Shown one piece after another: positions 13,660 to 27,600 of a stretch of 64,000 bases of DNA. The translations under genes and the position numbers were made by a program. The DNA is from Eledone cirrhosa. Its lineage: Eukaryota. The stretch lies in contig OZ024743.1 in assembly GCA_964016885.1 (NCBI GenBank), positions 161,510,001 through 161,574,000 on the forward strand. Direction: 5' to 3'. The notes under the pieces were generated by a model, which saw only the letters and a list, made by a program, of their open reading frames with translations, had not been told where the DNA came from and did not search any database. Numbering within the stretch: position 1 is the first letter of the stretch; each line of letters begins with the position of its first letter.

Positions 13660-14145
13660 GTAAGTCTTTTTACTTAAATATATACTTATTCATCATCATC
13701 ATCATCATCATCTTATTTTTATTCAACCTCATCATCCTTACTGTCATCATAAAAAATTATTATCATCCTTATCATCATCTCCATCATCGTCATTGTCACC
13801 ACCATCATCATCAGCATCACTATCATCATTTTCACCAACATCGTGAACACAAAGAGTCTCTACATGGCTGCACAACTGGCTAGAAATAATGTACAAATCT
13901 CTCTCAAACTCACCTTACCGTTTTAAAATGGAAAAGGATATATAATAATACCCCTGGAAATATATGTTGGTCACAGCTGGAATTCCTTTCCTTTCAGAAG
14001 ATTGATTCAACCATGATAATACAATGAAAGGTAGGTTAAGTGTGGTGGTACTGGGATGGCAAAGAGCACAGATATAAACCCTTCTGGATAGAAAAAAATG
14101 ATAGAGTGGGTGAACTAGTCTTTCTGTTAGCTTAGAAGTGGCTAG

Positions 14146-14332
14146 ATAATTGTTTCTACGTTAGGCACAAGGCCAGCAATTACCCAGTGTATTACTAGTA
14201 CTTTATTTTATCGACCCCGTAAGGATGAAAGCAAACTCAACCTCGGCGGGATTTGAACTCAGATCGTAAAGGGACGTAACTATGCTGGAAAGCATGGCGT
14301 CCGACCCTCTACCGATACTGCCAATCCACCGC
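14146..14332 (-). mobile_element. tRNA-derived SINE, full length
   Basis: A box TGGCAGTATCGG, B box GAGTTCAAATCC, central CTTTCATCCTTACGGGGTCGATAAAAT; flanked by a repeated CTAGAAGTGGCTAGATAAT-like sequence (probable TSD). Confidence 0.85.
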
Positions 14333-14379
14333 CTAGAAGTGGCTAGATAATGATAGTTAAAATACACAACAGAATCAAC

Positions 14380-15370
14380 ATCTGGGAATAGTCCTAAGCA
14401 ATGCAATAACAACAGCTATCTCCATTTACCATGATTAGGGCTAACTAAGGAAAAAATAACCACTCTTATGAGGGCCTCTTACAGAACAAATAAAAGCAAC
14501 ATCATTATCTTAGCTGACAACTTCAATGGACATGCTGTACAGCACCAGGATGTCTATTCTGGAATACATGATAGCTATGGATACAGCTTCAGAACTGAAG
14601 AGGAATTAAAGTACCTTGAGTTCTATGATGCAAATAACCTTACTTTGCAACACTTACTTCACAAAACCATCTAGCTACTTGATTACCTATATTCACGTAA
14701 ACACACAAGCCAGATTGACTTCATAACTCCTTAGAAAATGGTATAAATAGTTGGTTGTGTATTTTAAGTCTTTTCATGTACTAACCAATATTGACTAATT
14801 ATTAGAGGCATTAAAGTATAAACCAGATGAACTCAAAGGCACAGAACAATCTGGAAGAGCGTGTGGGAATTAAAGGATCCCTTTGTTAAATATAGGTTCT
14901 GAAGGGATCTATATGAGGCTTACAAGAAAACGGTGATAAACCTATACCTATGATATAGAGAGATTCCAGGCATGGAAATAAAACCTAGAATTATAAAGCC
15001 TCAGAGTAAATTTAGCAAAGATCAAAGTTCTAGTAAGACAGGATAGTGTTGCTGTGAGGGAAATATCCATGCTTAATTTGCAGAAAAGGAATAGTGTAAA
15101 CTTTCGGTGAACAAGAGATTTTGCGAGATTACAGGCTGGATCAGAGAGAAGGGTGATTTTATAAGTGGCAAATGCATAGAGGTAGTTAGTAGAAAGAACA
15201 CCAGTGAAATAGGCTCTTTCTAATCCTATGAAAGCTTTATGGAAGTAGTTGATAGCTTCTGTAACCTAGGTGATCAAATTAACAGTAGAGGTGGCTTCTC
15301 CAAAAGCATAGTAGCTAGAATAAATGCTGGGTGGAAAGATTTTAGGCGGCTACATTCTCTACTGGTAACG
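14380..15370 (+). mobile_element. Highly degraded RTE LINE pieces
   Basis: ILADNFNGH...YGY...EFYDANNL endonuclease remnant; VNLAKIKVL and GKYPCLICRKG remnants. Confidence 0.65.
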
Positions 15371-16299
15371 TAACATATGGAGAGAAGCTTTGCTCGAGAA
15401 GGCTTAAAAATGAAGGTAGTTGACCTGAAACTAAACAATACCTCCATCACATCACCACTGTTGTCTTCAGTAAGTATCATTAGTCGGGGCTTCATGGCTT
15501 TCTTATTCTATAAAATGTTGATATATCATCATCATTCCTGTGTTTTGACATGAAAGAATGTCTTTGAGGTAGCTCAGTTTTAACATTTAGTTAATGGAAA
15601 ATGGGTGTTTTTTTGCTTTGTTTTTTATTTACCAACAAAAGACTTTGAAACATTTCAACATCCACACAATTTTACCTTGCAGTGGAAAAATATAGTTTGC
15701 CTTTGGACAATTTTACATCATATCTTGTAAACATTCATTTACTTGCATTCCAATATGGCTTCTTCCTCTGGAATAGTGGTAAGAAGTGCTAACTGCAAAG
15801 GTGTTAGCCACACACACAACTCCAAGAAATTTGGGAAAATTTTTGATAAATTTTGAAACAAAAACACTGAATTTTTTTCCTTTTTAAAAGGCAAACAGAA
15901 AAGAAAATACAAGAATTAAACACACAAACACAAGCACTTTGAAAAATACATAGAAAAGATTGGCAATTCCACAAACAAATATATTTGTAAATACAAAGAG
16001 TGGTGAAGAAAATATTAACAGATGTAGAAACAAAAACAGTTTTCCTAGTTAGCAGCCTGACAAAAATATAGTTTCAGTTGGCTCTGCATGAAAAAAAAAT
16101 GTAGAAGTATGTTAAAAAAATGTTGCCTTCTTACCTGATGAGGTCAACTTTGCTTTTCATCCTATTAGGTTTGATAAAATAAAGTATCATTTAAACAGAA
16201 ATCACTTTAATCGACAAAGATTTCCACAAAGATTGTACTTAGATGAGAAACTATTATCATTATTTAGTAGTCTTATTTTTAATGTGCTGAATGGAGCTC

Positions 16300-17010
16300 T
16301 ATGTTCAGCATTATGTTTTGGTATTGTTGTTTCTCTTCTACTCTATGTAATATGTGTGCAGTGCCTAGTATTGATATTTTCTATATATTATGTAGATCTA
16401 TAGTTTCCAATTTCCAAGGTTTTAATTATGTATTTGTCTGCTTGTTTTCTTATTCTAAAAACACCTATTATTATAAAGATTGTTTTTATTTTTAGCACAT
16501 ACATTCACGTTATTTCTATTTCCATATCTTTCTATTTGAATTAATTTCTTCATTCCTTTGGGAGATATATTATCAGTTTTGGTACTGATGCAGGAGGCAT
16601 TACTTTCTCTGGTTGACTTTGACTACCAAATCTGGCTATTTAACTTTGAGCTCTCTGCCTGTATATGTTGACATATCCCAGAATATGATTACTTTCTCAT
16701 TCTCTGAACCTGTTTCTCGTGTCAGCATATACCATCTCTTTTCTGTTGGTATTTTAGGGTGCTTGCATAACTTCCAGTGTATGTAAATCTCAACTTGCTC
16801 ATGGATATGTTCTTTCTTGGCTAAGAACAAGCTGCCTGAGATAATGTGGTGAATTGTTTCCACATATTCTGCAGTTACTTAATGTAACTGGTAGTTTCTG
16901 GTGGAGAATCTGTCATCTTGTCCTGCAATCAATCCTGCATTTTTTAGAAAATGTTTTGAAATTTCTGTTGCTACTTACTTCCTTCCCTTTTAGCTTTTTC
17001 AGGTATTGGT
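16300..17010 (-). mobile_element. Degraded R4/Dong-like RLE domain fragment
   Basis: ETIHHIISG...YIHWKLCKH...IFWDM and LGTAHIL remnants. Confidence 0.7.
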
Positions 17011-17679
17011 AATGTAGGATTTTATTTTATTTTTTTTTTTTTTGACAAATTTCTGCTGTTGTTTCTCCATTTTCTTCAGAATACCATATTTACTTTTTTA
17101 TGTCTGAGAAATGGGCAAAACTCCAAGCCCTGTCTATAAAAGAAGGCAACTAATCAATGCATAATGTTTAAATGGCATGTTTTTTTAAGTTCCCCAAGTG
17201 GAAAATACTTTTATGAAGGTTTAATACTTTGATATCTAAAATGTTTTAAGTGCCATTTATAATATAGTTTTTGTTTAAAAAATTCATTACATAATGATTA
17301 TTGAACCATTTCATCCATTTTGTAAAGTTCAACAAGTTTCTCAATTTTTTGTTTACATCCTTTTAGCAGACATTCTCAGCGCCATCTTCCAAATGAAATA
17401 GGATTTTATTTAAAGTACAAATTAAAGGAAATGTGCATACACACACACACATATAGTCTGTTTATGTAGTCATGAGTGTACAGGTGTATGTTACTGTCTA
17501 TGTGTAATCATCATCATCATCCTCATCATCATATGTCCATTTTCCACGCTAGTGTGTATAAATACAGAGTATGTAGCTGAGACTGCACCAACATGTATAA
17601 ATATATACACATATCTAATATGTAGGCATTTTAACATGTCAGAAAATACAAATTGCCTTGTAAATTGAGAAAACAATGA

Positions 17680-17728
17680 ACACCTTTAATCAATTTTCAG
17701 ATCTAATTGGATCTTCATCAAAAGGTGT
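17680..17728 (-). ncRNA. Minimal type I hammerhead-like motif, C3U variant
   Basis: ACACCUU UUGAUGA AGAUC-caauua-GAUCU GAAA A-uuga-U UA AAGGUGU: 7-bp stem I, 5-bp stem II, UUA site. Confidence 0.55.
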
Positions 17729-17933
17729 ATATATCATCACACAACCAAACATGTATTTGATGGGTATATATACCCATTTGTTCTTAATATTCTGTAAGTA
17801 ATCATATTACAACTAAAAGATATGCTACATAAAGGAAACAACTATATTAGAAGTTTTAAATATACCCTATAAAAAGTTTGAATGAAATTTCATTATTTCC
17901 TTTAACCCAGGCAACACCAGGTACTTCTGCTGG

Positions 17934-17964
<31 letters not shown>

Positions 17965-17974
17965 ATATATGTAT

Positions 17975-17976
<2 letters not shown>

Positions 17977-18010
<34 letters not shown>

Positions 18011-18420
18011 GTTTAACGTCCATTTTCCACGCTAGCATGGGTCTGGACGGGAATTGTCCCACTTGAGGCAAGATTGGTTGTCTTGCTCAGGTCTGTCTGG
18101 CGGGTTTTCTACGGCTGTATGCCCTTCCTAACAACAACCACGTTTACAGTGTGGACTGGGAGGTTTTTACCGTGTTACCTACACGGCCACATTACAGCGT
18201 GGACTGTGTGTTTTATTGTCGTGACACCTACACGTCTGGCGGGTTTTCTACGGCTGGGTGCCCTTCCCAACACCAACCACGTTTAGAGTGTGTACTGGGA
18301 GGTTTTTACCGTGTTACCTACACGGCCACATTACAGCGTGGATTGTGTATTTTTTTGTTGTGACACCTACACGACCTCATTTGTTTCAGACTGGATGTTG
18401 TGGTACCAACATAACTTCAC
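17977..18420 (-). mobile_element. 5'-truncated RTE 3' UTR with (GAT)n tail and an internal tandem duplication of about 139 bp
   Basis: Reverse complement of 37800-38090; repeat units start near 18095 and 18234. Confidence 0.8.
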
Positions 18421-18569
18421 ATATAAGGGCTTATGCCCGAAACGTCGTCCCCCACCTCCCACTCTCAAGCGTGAAACTAAAAACCATATCATTTGTACTG
18501 CCTCTCTCTTTTTTGTTCTCTGTTCATTTATTAAACTATATATATATATAGGTACAGTTACGTAATCTC

Positions 18570-19250
18570 AGCAGGGTATTTATTCTTTCTTCGATGCACG
18601 TCATTACAATTCAATACATAATAAAAATACTGAAAAACATCTCATCCACTACCACAAATATAGCTAACAATTTGTTATCTAGCAATAATAAGAAAATTAA
18701 AAAGATATAATAATACATCAAATAATAGAACTAACACAGGTAATCTAGAAGTAAGAGGTGGCCTAAATATCCAAAACTCTCACACATCAGTCTATCTTCA
18801 TCATTCTAACTGTAATAATAACCTAATATCCAATTGAAACTATAACTGTGGAAACCCTAATACCTGCCCTCTTATTGGCAATTGTCTAACTGATAATGTA
18901 TTTTACCAATGCACTATATCCACACATACTTATAAGATGTATATAGAGGCCACCCCAAATAGCTTTTGATCTAAATATTATATGATTTAGAAAGAAGAAA
19001 AAAAAGTAGTTCAACCTCATTAGCTTGATATATGTGGGGCCTCAATGAGGCCAATACCAAGTACTCCATTGATTGGAAGATCCTGAAAATCGCCCATTCT
19101 TACCAGCCTGGAAACAAAAGGTGTAACTTATACCTCATTGAATGTCACTATATTTTAAAATCCAAACTAGTAATCCTTAACAGAAAATCTCAGTTTCTTT
19201 CCACCTGCCCATATAAATGTTCTCAATTTTTCTATCTTAGTAATTATTAA
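18570..19250 (+). mobile_element. Penelope-like element (Naiad-type) C-terminal thumb / Zn-finger / GIY-YIG remnant
   Basis: YNCGNPNTCPLIGNCLTDNVFYQCTI...MYIEAT at 18841-18960, then IDWKIL..AHSY....KRCNL...E..YIL.....LNRKSQFLSTC. Confidence 0.8.
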
Positions 19251-20189
19251 AATAATGGTACTATCTAAACTTTAAACAGATAATGATTTAACATATCTAT
19301 AGCTAAACTTGATATAACTCCCCTAGTTTTAATCAATTATGTTGTTAGAAATCAATATGTTGTTAGAAATCTGTATATATATAATACTTTTTTAATTTTT
19401 TTATAGATTAATTACTAACAAATAAATAGCTCCCACTCTACTAAATCCTAACTGACTTCTACCTTATTCACTAAGATTTTACGACACAGAAGCCTAATAT
19501 TTTTATTATTTCAATTTTAATCTTATAGTAAAATTAACTTTAACCCACTAGTCTTAATCATTATTTCTCCCTGTAAATTCAACAGGTTTTAGCCCTAAGA
19601 CATAAATGCAACAATTAATATACCCTCCTTAGGAAAAGTTTTTCTCCTATTCCTTCCGCCAAATGGAACCTATAAATAATTTGTATTATGTCCACATAAA
19701 TAGATATACATTTATACATCTTAAGGTGCATATCAGTAGATATATGTATGTGTGTGTGTGTGTATGTGAGTATGGGCCGATATATGAGTGTGTGTAAATG
19801 GGTGTGACTATACACATATGGGTGTCTAAATATGTATATGTGATTATGATTAAATATCCTTTTTGAACTGCTTATGAATGTACTCCTTCTATATATTCTG
19901 AAATTACATGCAATATAAGTATATTTTAACAATAATCTGACCTCGGCACACTAGTATCTAAGTCTAAATAGAAGTCTTTACTTATAAAATTCCATATAGC
20001 GACTTGGCCTAATTATAAAGTTTTATATGGCCAAGTATTACTTATAGAATTGAATTGAAAAATGGAATCATGAATAATATAATAAAATATTATAATGATA
20101 TGTTATATTGTATATAATACTTTGCTGTATGAGATGTCTTAATGTATTATGTTATATTCTATTTATTATATATTGTGCCAAGTTATACT

Positions 20190-20570
20190 TTTGTTGTTAT
20201 TATCATTCACCGTTGCCACAACTTATATACTTCGACCCTGTTTTTCGAAATACACTACATTGGTTATGCTTCTCCCTTAACCCATTACCTCCCAATTTCT
20301 CTCTCTCTCATTCATTCCGGTGGTACGAAGCCAGACAGACAGATTTCTGATTTCTGAAAGGCTACATGGATTTCTAAATACTTTCAACCTATCCCAGTCA
20401 TCCATAGATTATTTCTCCTCCTGCAGGTATCTGCCTTCCTCAATTTCAAAATGTCCTGTTCACATCGTTATTATTATTGTTGTTATTATCATTCGCTGTT
20501 GCCACAACTTATATACTTCGACTCTGTTTTTCGAAATACACCACGTTGGTCATTATGCTTCTCTCTCTGC
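20190..20570. repeat. Dispersed direct repeat of about 85 bp
   Basis: TTGTTGTTATTATCATTC..GTTGCCACAACTTATATACTTCGAC..TGTTTTTCGAAATACAC occurs near 20191 and 20477. Confidence 0.8.
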
Positions 20571-20999
20571 GAAAGTCATCCCTAACCCCCGTCATCACCT
20601 CCCTCTTCTCTCATACATTCATTTTGATGTTTATGAAGCTAGGTGACCATCTTCGAAATCCTCACATATTTGCCTTGTCCAATATGCCTACTTGTACCGG
20701 CATATTTCCCCAAAATCTCCTATGAGGCTACCTATCTCACAGTTTCCCTCCCCACGCCCCACTCACCACCATAGGCTATTTGTCCAATCAAACCTCAACC
20801 CATTATCAGCCCCAACAAATACTGCCATTACTACTACTACTACTATTACTGCACTCCTAGCCCTTATCAGCCCCAACAAACTCTGCCATTACTACTACTG
20901 TCCTTCTAGCCATGCACTAAATAATAATAATTCTTTTACTGATATCTATGGATGAGCTGAGGATAAATGGAGCAACCCCGAATTAATAAATGAATATGA

Positions 21000-22432
21000 A
21001 TCCGCGAGTTACCAAGCACCCATGCAAAGTTTTAATTCAGAGACAGGAAGCATACTCACACCCCCGCAAAAATTCACCCTTTCCCACGAATGTTGGCAAA
21101 TGCCCAAAACTCCGAGTTGGAACCATCAATGTAAGCACAATAAAAGGAAGAGCAGGAGAAATCGTAGAGATGCTAGAGCGAAAGGAAATTGATGTATGCT
21201 GTGTGCAAGAGACTAGATGGAGAGGAGAGTCCACTAGAGTCCTTGTAGGCAAAAGTCAGTGCTACAAATTTTTCTGGGTGGGAAATGACAATGGGACAGG
21301 TGGTGTAGGTATACTATTCGCTGACAAGTGGGTAGATAAGGTAATCTCAGTGAACAGGGTGAACACAAGAATCATTAAATTCAGACTAATCCTGAATAAA
21401 ACAATTGCCACAATCATATCAGCTTACACACCTCCAATCAGGGTTACCAGGCGAATATAAAGATAGGTTTTACGAGTCCTTAATGCACACCACTGCCCTA
21501 ACAAACAACAGTGACTTCCTAATCATTGCAGAGGACTTTAATGGATACGTTGGGAAACACTGTGACGGCTTCTATGGAGGCTACAGGTTTGGCACAAGAA
21601 ATGAAGAAGGCTTCAGGCTTCTAGGATTCTGCGATGCCAATGACAAGTCAATATGGAACACAAACTTCAAAAACCCGACAACCATCTGACCAACTATAGA
21701 TCAGGGGAGCATTCTAGTCAGATATATTTTATCCTCATCAAATGATGAGATAGATGGACGGTTGTAAACACAAAAGCCTTCCCTAGTGAGGAATGTACCT
21801 CCCAACATAATTTAGTTGTCAACGACCTCATTGTCGGACCTAGACAAACTTGGAAACAGAAGGCAACCTGGAGAAGAAAGATCTGGAAGCTGAAAGACCC
21901 CTCAACCAGTAACAGATTTAAACATATATTACTTGATGCCTATGACAGTAAAGAAGAACAGATAGAGACATTCAATGTAGAAGATCACTGGGAGTTCCTA
22001 AAAAATAACTTATTTAAGGCGATGGACGAGATCTGTGGTTGGAGCAAGACCACAGAGAGGAGGAGAGTGACTTGGTGTTGGAACAATAAGGTTGATGAGG
22101 CAATTAAGGCTAAGAGACAGGCATGGAAAGAATGGAAGAACGGGGGAAGTAGGGTACATTACATAGAGACCAGGAGGGAAGCTAGGCGACAAGTATACTT
22201 AGCTAGAAGGGAAGCGGAGGATAGAAAATTCAAGCATGTTTTGCAACATGAGGACCAGAAACAGGAGGTGTTCAGGATTGCGAGGCAGTGTGTCAGAGAG
22301 AATTGTGATGTCATTGGAGAGAAGTGTGTCCAGAATGATAAAGGTGAGCTTGCCCTCACAAATGCTGAGAAGAAGGATGCGTGGAAGAGCCACTATGAAA
22401 GATTACTAAATGAGGAGAATGCATGGGAGAAG
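21000..22432 (+). mobile_element. RTE LINE 5' half (APE endonuclease and linker), broken
   Basis: LRVGTINVSTIKG...CCVQETRW...GGVGIL...EDFNGYVG; homologous to 34628-36000. Confidence 0.9.
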
Positions 22433-23374
22433 TTATTTAATCATAAAATGGAATAATAAATAATATAATAATACAATGATATAAGGATAAGTTATATATT
22501 ATATTGTATAGCATTATATAATGTTTTGCTATACAAGATGTTATACTGTATTATATTCTATTATATATTGTACAAAGTTATATATTGTATATTACATATA
22601 GTTATATGTGGGTACGTATGTCTGTGTACCTATATATACGTAAATATGTCTTTATATATGTGTGCATATATGTGTGACCGTATGTATGTTTGTATTGATG
22701 CATGTGAGTATGTGTGTATATATATATATACAAACATTTATAAATTCATTCGGAACATTAATTACACTTATGATATTCCATAGTAAAAAATATTTAAATA
22801 TATATAGTAATTATTTAAAAATTATTAAAAACTATTAACATACTACATCGATAAACACCCTCCTAAACAAAGATATCAAACCGTATCTTAATCATTAATT
22901 CTCTAGATAATTGTAAGAATGATCTGACACACTATAGATCAGGACAATTGTTTAACAGTTGATATTAACTGAGTCAACACCACCTGGCTACAAAGACACT
23001 GCTTTACTAAAATTAAATTTACTGCATGAAGCCAAATATTTTAATTTCTTTAAAATCAATTATAACCAAAGTAAGATGATAGCAGCGAATTCAACTCTGT
23101 GCACAAACTGTATATTAGAACCTAATTAATATTAATGGTAATTTACATATGCTTTCTATATATTTATATTCATTCATCATCATCATCATCATTTCATTTT
23201 ACGTCCGCCTTTTCCCTTGCTTGCAAGGGTGGGACGGGAACTGATGCTGGCTTGATTTCTACAGCTGGATGCCCTTCCTAACACCAACCTCATTTACAGT
23301 GAGTGCTGGGTGCTTTTTTTCCGTGGCACCTACACAACCACTTTGCAGTGGAATGATATGGACCCCAGTCCCTA

Positions 23375-23522
23375 TCATCTCATTTCTACAGCTGAGTAAA
23401 CTGGAGCAATGTGAAATAAAGTCTCTTGCTCAAGGAAACAACACATCACCCGGTCTGAGAATTGAACTCACAACCTTTCGATTGCAAGGCAAATGCTCTA
23501 ACTACTAAGCCATGTGCCTCCA
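23375..23522 (-). mobile_element. tRNA-derived SINE with a CORE-like domain (second SINE family)
   Basis: TGGCTTAGTAGTTAGAGC A box, GAGTTCAATTC B box, CCTTGAGCAAGAGACTTTA; related copy at 56062-56350(+). Confidence 0.7.
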
Positions 23523-24639
23523 TCATTGTTTATGTGAAATGCTGACTGCTCTGCTATTGCTTCTGAAATACTTTCCACTCCTGCAAATCTAACATCAAAT
23601 ATTATTCTAACTACATAATGAAAATTGATAACAACATTGAAAATCATAGATAGGAATGCTTTTTACCTCAACTTACATGCTGCTGCCTCGTAAATAATTT
23701 CCACTTCCTGCAAGTCTAACAATAATATTATTCTAATCGTATAAGGAAAAATAATTAATAACATTGTAAATAGTAATGACTTCCATTTGTTGTTTTGTTG
23801 TTTTTTTGCACTGTGTAGTTTACTTCTGTTGTTATGGCCTACAATTGTTCAGATATTGTGTTTGTTGTTTTGACTAACCTTGTCTGTGGTGATTCCTTTG
23901 CTATCCATACTTCTCTAAATTCTTTTACTTTCTTGGATAGAGGATAGCAAATCAATAAATGACATGTATTCTGTCCCTTTATGCAATTGCAGTTTAGCTA
24001 TATTGAATATTCCTTTCCAATAAATTATGTTACCTACTGCTAATATGAAATATTGGCAAGAGTGGTGGATTGGAAGGATTGATAGAACAACAGAAAAAAT
24101 GTTTTGCAGCATTTAGTTATAGCCCTTTGCATTCAGATTTCAAATCTTGTTGGGGGTCAACTTTCATCCTTCTTGGATTGATAAAAAAAAGTACCAGTCA
24201 AGTTCTGGGGTTGATGAAATTGGCTTACTCTTCCTCAAACTTATTGGCTTTGTACCTAAATTAGAAACCATTATTATTATTATCGCTCTGTCATGCTATG
24301 CAGATGGGTAATGTATCTAGCCATCTATCAAGTCGCAACAAGAACCTCAGACAAATAATACTTTCCTCAAAATGTGCGCAGTACATAGAAAAACCACCTG
24401 TATGGTAGTCCCAGTCACTTTAAGAAGTCTTGAAGTTTCAATGGGATTGACCCTAATGCCTCGATCACAACTAGTATCACTTTCATATTACCTTCTTGTA
24501 TTCCAAATAGTCGTGCCAGCTCCAATTTCAATTCAGTGTACTTGGTGATTTTTTTCAATCTCCTTGCTCACAATATTTGTGTCATTTAGCCAAGTCGATG
24601 ATGTGACAGTATTTGTCTTTCTTGTTTAACTTGAGGCCA

Positions 24640-27600
24640 TAGAAGCGGTGGAGAAGAGAACTCTGGTCTTCAGATGCATCTCAGTTGAGAAGAAAAGAGC
24701 CACAAACTCTCCTCAAAGCAGACGTCGAGGCTGCTTCGAGGTGCATCGGAGGAGATAGAGAGTACGTAGTGAGTGGTCAACAATACGACACCATCTCGGT
24801 GCTGTTTAAGTCGGAGGCCCTCGCTTTGAGGCACTCAACGACCCCTTGCAAAACAAGCAAGGTTATTATGTACCCCACCCACATGGGATAAAAAACAATT
24901 AGAGTCCACTTTCCCAGGATTCCACCTGGACTAGATATGTGGTGGCTCTTGGGATGCGTGATTGTGGAGGGGGTCAGATGCCATCCCAATAGGACAGGAA
25001 GAGGGGACTGGTTCAGGGTTGATCTGGAGATACTTCTCCAGATCAAACATGAAGAAATAAAGAAAATCCTGGAGCAGATCCACCTCCAAAACGGAATGGC
25101 TTTACAAGTGATGGCTGAGGGCAAAAGGCCGCACTGTTTCAGTTGCGGCGAAAAAACACACTTGTGAACCTTCTGCCATCAGCTGTTGAAAATCCAAGGG
25201 GTCAAAAGTATCCACTGCTGCTGACGCCGGGGCCTCATCGTGAATTAACAACACCTACAACAAAATCTGCAACAGCAACACTAGCAGAACCAACAACTGC
25301 AAAGACAACCAAGACCACCCAGGGGCCACTCTAAAGAAGCTCTCCCACCCCCTTCCTCTCGAACACACACACACACACACCCATACACACACTGCCACTT
25401 ACATCTGACACACACACAGAAACCTCTTCATCACTAAGCGAAGATGAGGAGGAACACCAAAAGCCAAAAAAAAAAAAGAAAACACAAGAAGAAATCTCAC
25501 ACACCAACACAAACAGCAAACAGCAAACAAAAAAGACACATTCGCACCAAACACAGACACACATACTACAACACCCTCCCCCGCAAAAACACAACCGTCA
25601 ATACAAACACCATCTCCACCAACAACACTATCACTAACACAAACAACTAAAAGAAAACACACACAGCAACAACTTACAACCACAACACCTAACTTCATCT
25701 TAGTGAGGAAATCGAACACAAAACTACTGAACCTCATAACACGAAGTAAGGAAATAGAGAAAGAAGGGAAGGCATTTAATACTTGCACCTTCAAGGTGCC
25801 ACAAACACTTTTGCTGGTGCGAATGGCACTAAGCAATTATAAAACAATTAGGGAGGGCTTCCCCAACGACGTAGGAACACCCAGTGTAAAAGCCTCAAGT
25901 AGGCTTTTAAAGGGGTTCCCCAAAGAAACCCCACCAACTATGGAGGTCAAACCACCCGACCTTCACAAGAGCCCGGGAGGTAAGTAAACCTTTCCTCTCT
26001 CTTTTAGCCTGCCAACATGTCCATATTAAGAGTAGGATGTTTAAATGTTCGAGGCCTGCGATCGTCCTGGAAGCAGGGTCACCTGCTCAATGACCTCAGG
26101 TCTCTAGAAATGGAGGTAATTGCCGTCAGCGAGACCAGGATTTCGACATGAGTGCACTAGCCCCTATTTTCGACGATTATCAGATCTTCGCATCTGTTAG
26201 TCGGCCTGGAATGGGAGGGGCTGTAGCAGTGCTGTTTAGGAAAAGCCTGGAACAGGAAGTAAGGTCGATCTGACAGGTACCGACTAGATTTCCCTAATGC
26301 GCTAGTGTGGACCTGGACAAATCATTTAGGGACATCTAGATCGTACTTAGATAGGTTTCTAATTAGATTAGGGGATAAGGAAAGTATAAGGTGTCCACAA
26401 TTACATACGGTTACCTATTCAGATCACAAGTTTGTGATCTGTATGGTCGACCTAGATAAGACGCATAGGTTAGGACCTGGTTACTGGAAGCTGAACATAT
26501 CGTTTCCGGCATGTAAGGCTTACAGGGACTGGGTCAACAATTTAGTTAAGGAAAAGTTAACAGGGGGCGTCGTCAACAATAGATGGTGGGGGGGGGGGCT
26601 CTCAAAAGAGAGATTAGAGTAAACTCGATAGGGTTTAGCAAAGAAGTAGCGTTAGAGAAAAATAGAAAGGAGGGGGAGTTGGTAGATAAGTTAAACGAGG
26701 CTATTGGTAGAGGCATTGCAACTGACGTGCTAGTGGCGAGAATAGCATTAGATCATTTCTTCAATGCAAAACATGAAGGTTGCATTGTCAGAGTTAAGGC
26801 GTGTGCTCTGAGAAACGAGGGAACCAAAGCTGTTCGATGGGCCCACGTGGCAGAAGCGCAGTGTGGTAATAAAACCATGATTTGGTCTTTGACGGACCGA
26901 GACGGACATGAGCTGAGCAATTCCAAGCGGATGTGTGAGGCCTTTCGCCAACATTTTTCTCAGTTGTTCGGGGGAAGTGGTGGGTCAAAAACGGTGGCGG
27001 ACTTCAGTTCCTACCTCGACGGCCAACGCTGAGTGCTGTGAAAGGCCGAGATTCAGGATGCCCTTGTCGGCTGCATGAGGTGCAAGTCACCCGATTTGGA
27101 TAGTCTGCCCTACGAGCTTTACATAAATATGCCAAACTTGTTCTCCAATCTCCTCGAAGCGTTCTACTGCAACTGGTAGGAGAGCAGGAATATTCCCAGT
27201 TCTGTGAGCTGGGGCGTAGTGATGCTGATAAGGAAAGACAAGAACATGAGTGACTCATTAGACAATTTCAGCCCCGTAACTCTGCTCAACACAGAGTTTA
27301 AGATTTTGGCCAAGGTGTCAGCGAAGAGGTTGGCACATGTCGTCGAGGATTTGGTTGGGGAGGCGCAAACTTGCGCAATCCCAACCAGGTCCATAGACGA
27401 CAACCTCCACCTGATGCGATACATCATAGAGAGGGTAGGGTGTAAACCTGGCTTCGGTTGGACTCTGATCAATTTAGATCAATAAAAGCATTCGACCATC
27501 AGAACCTGGAGATAGGGTCGACCATCGATACCTGGAGGCTGTTCTCAAGGCAACTGGCTTCGGCCCTGTCTTCAGAAGCTGGATCGCTGCAATGCACAGC

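Noticed and set aside
14146-14332. tRNA gene calls for A/B-box sequences
   Set aside because: No cloverleaf; these are multi-copy SINE heads with a shared body and tail.
18095-18375. CRISPR-like array
   Set aside because: Eukaryotic context; it is a two-unit tandem duplication without spacers.
20955-20990. GAGCTGAGGA...CCCCGAATT motif
   Set aside because: No GAAA and no helix I partner.
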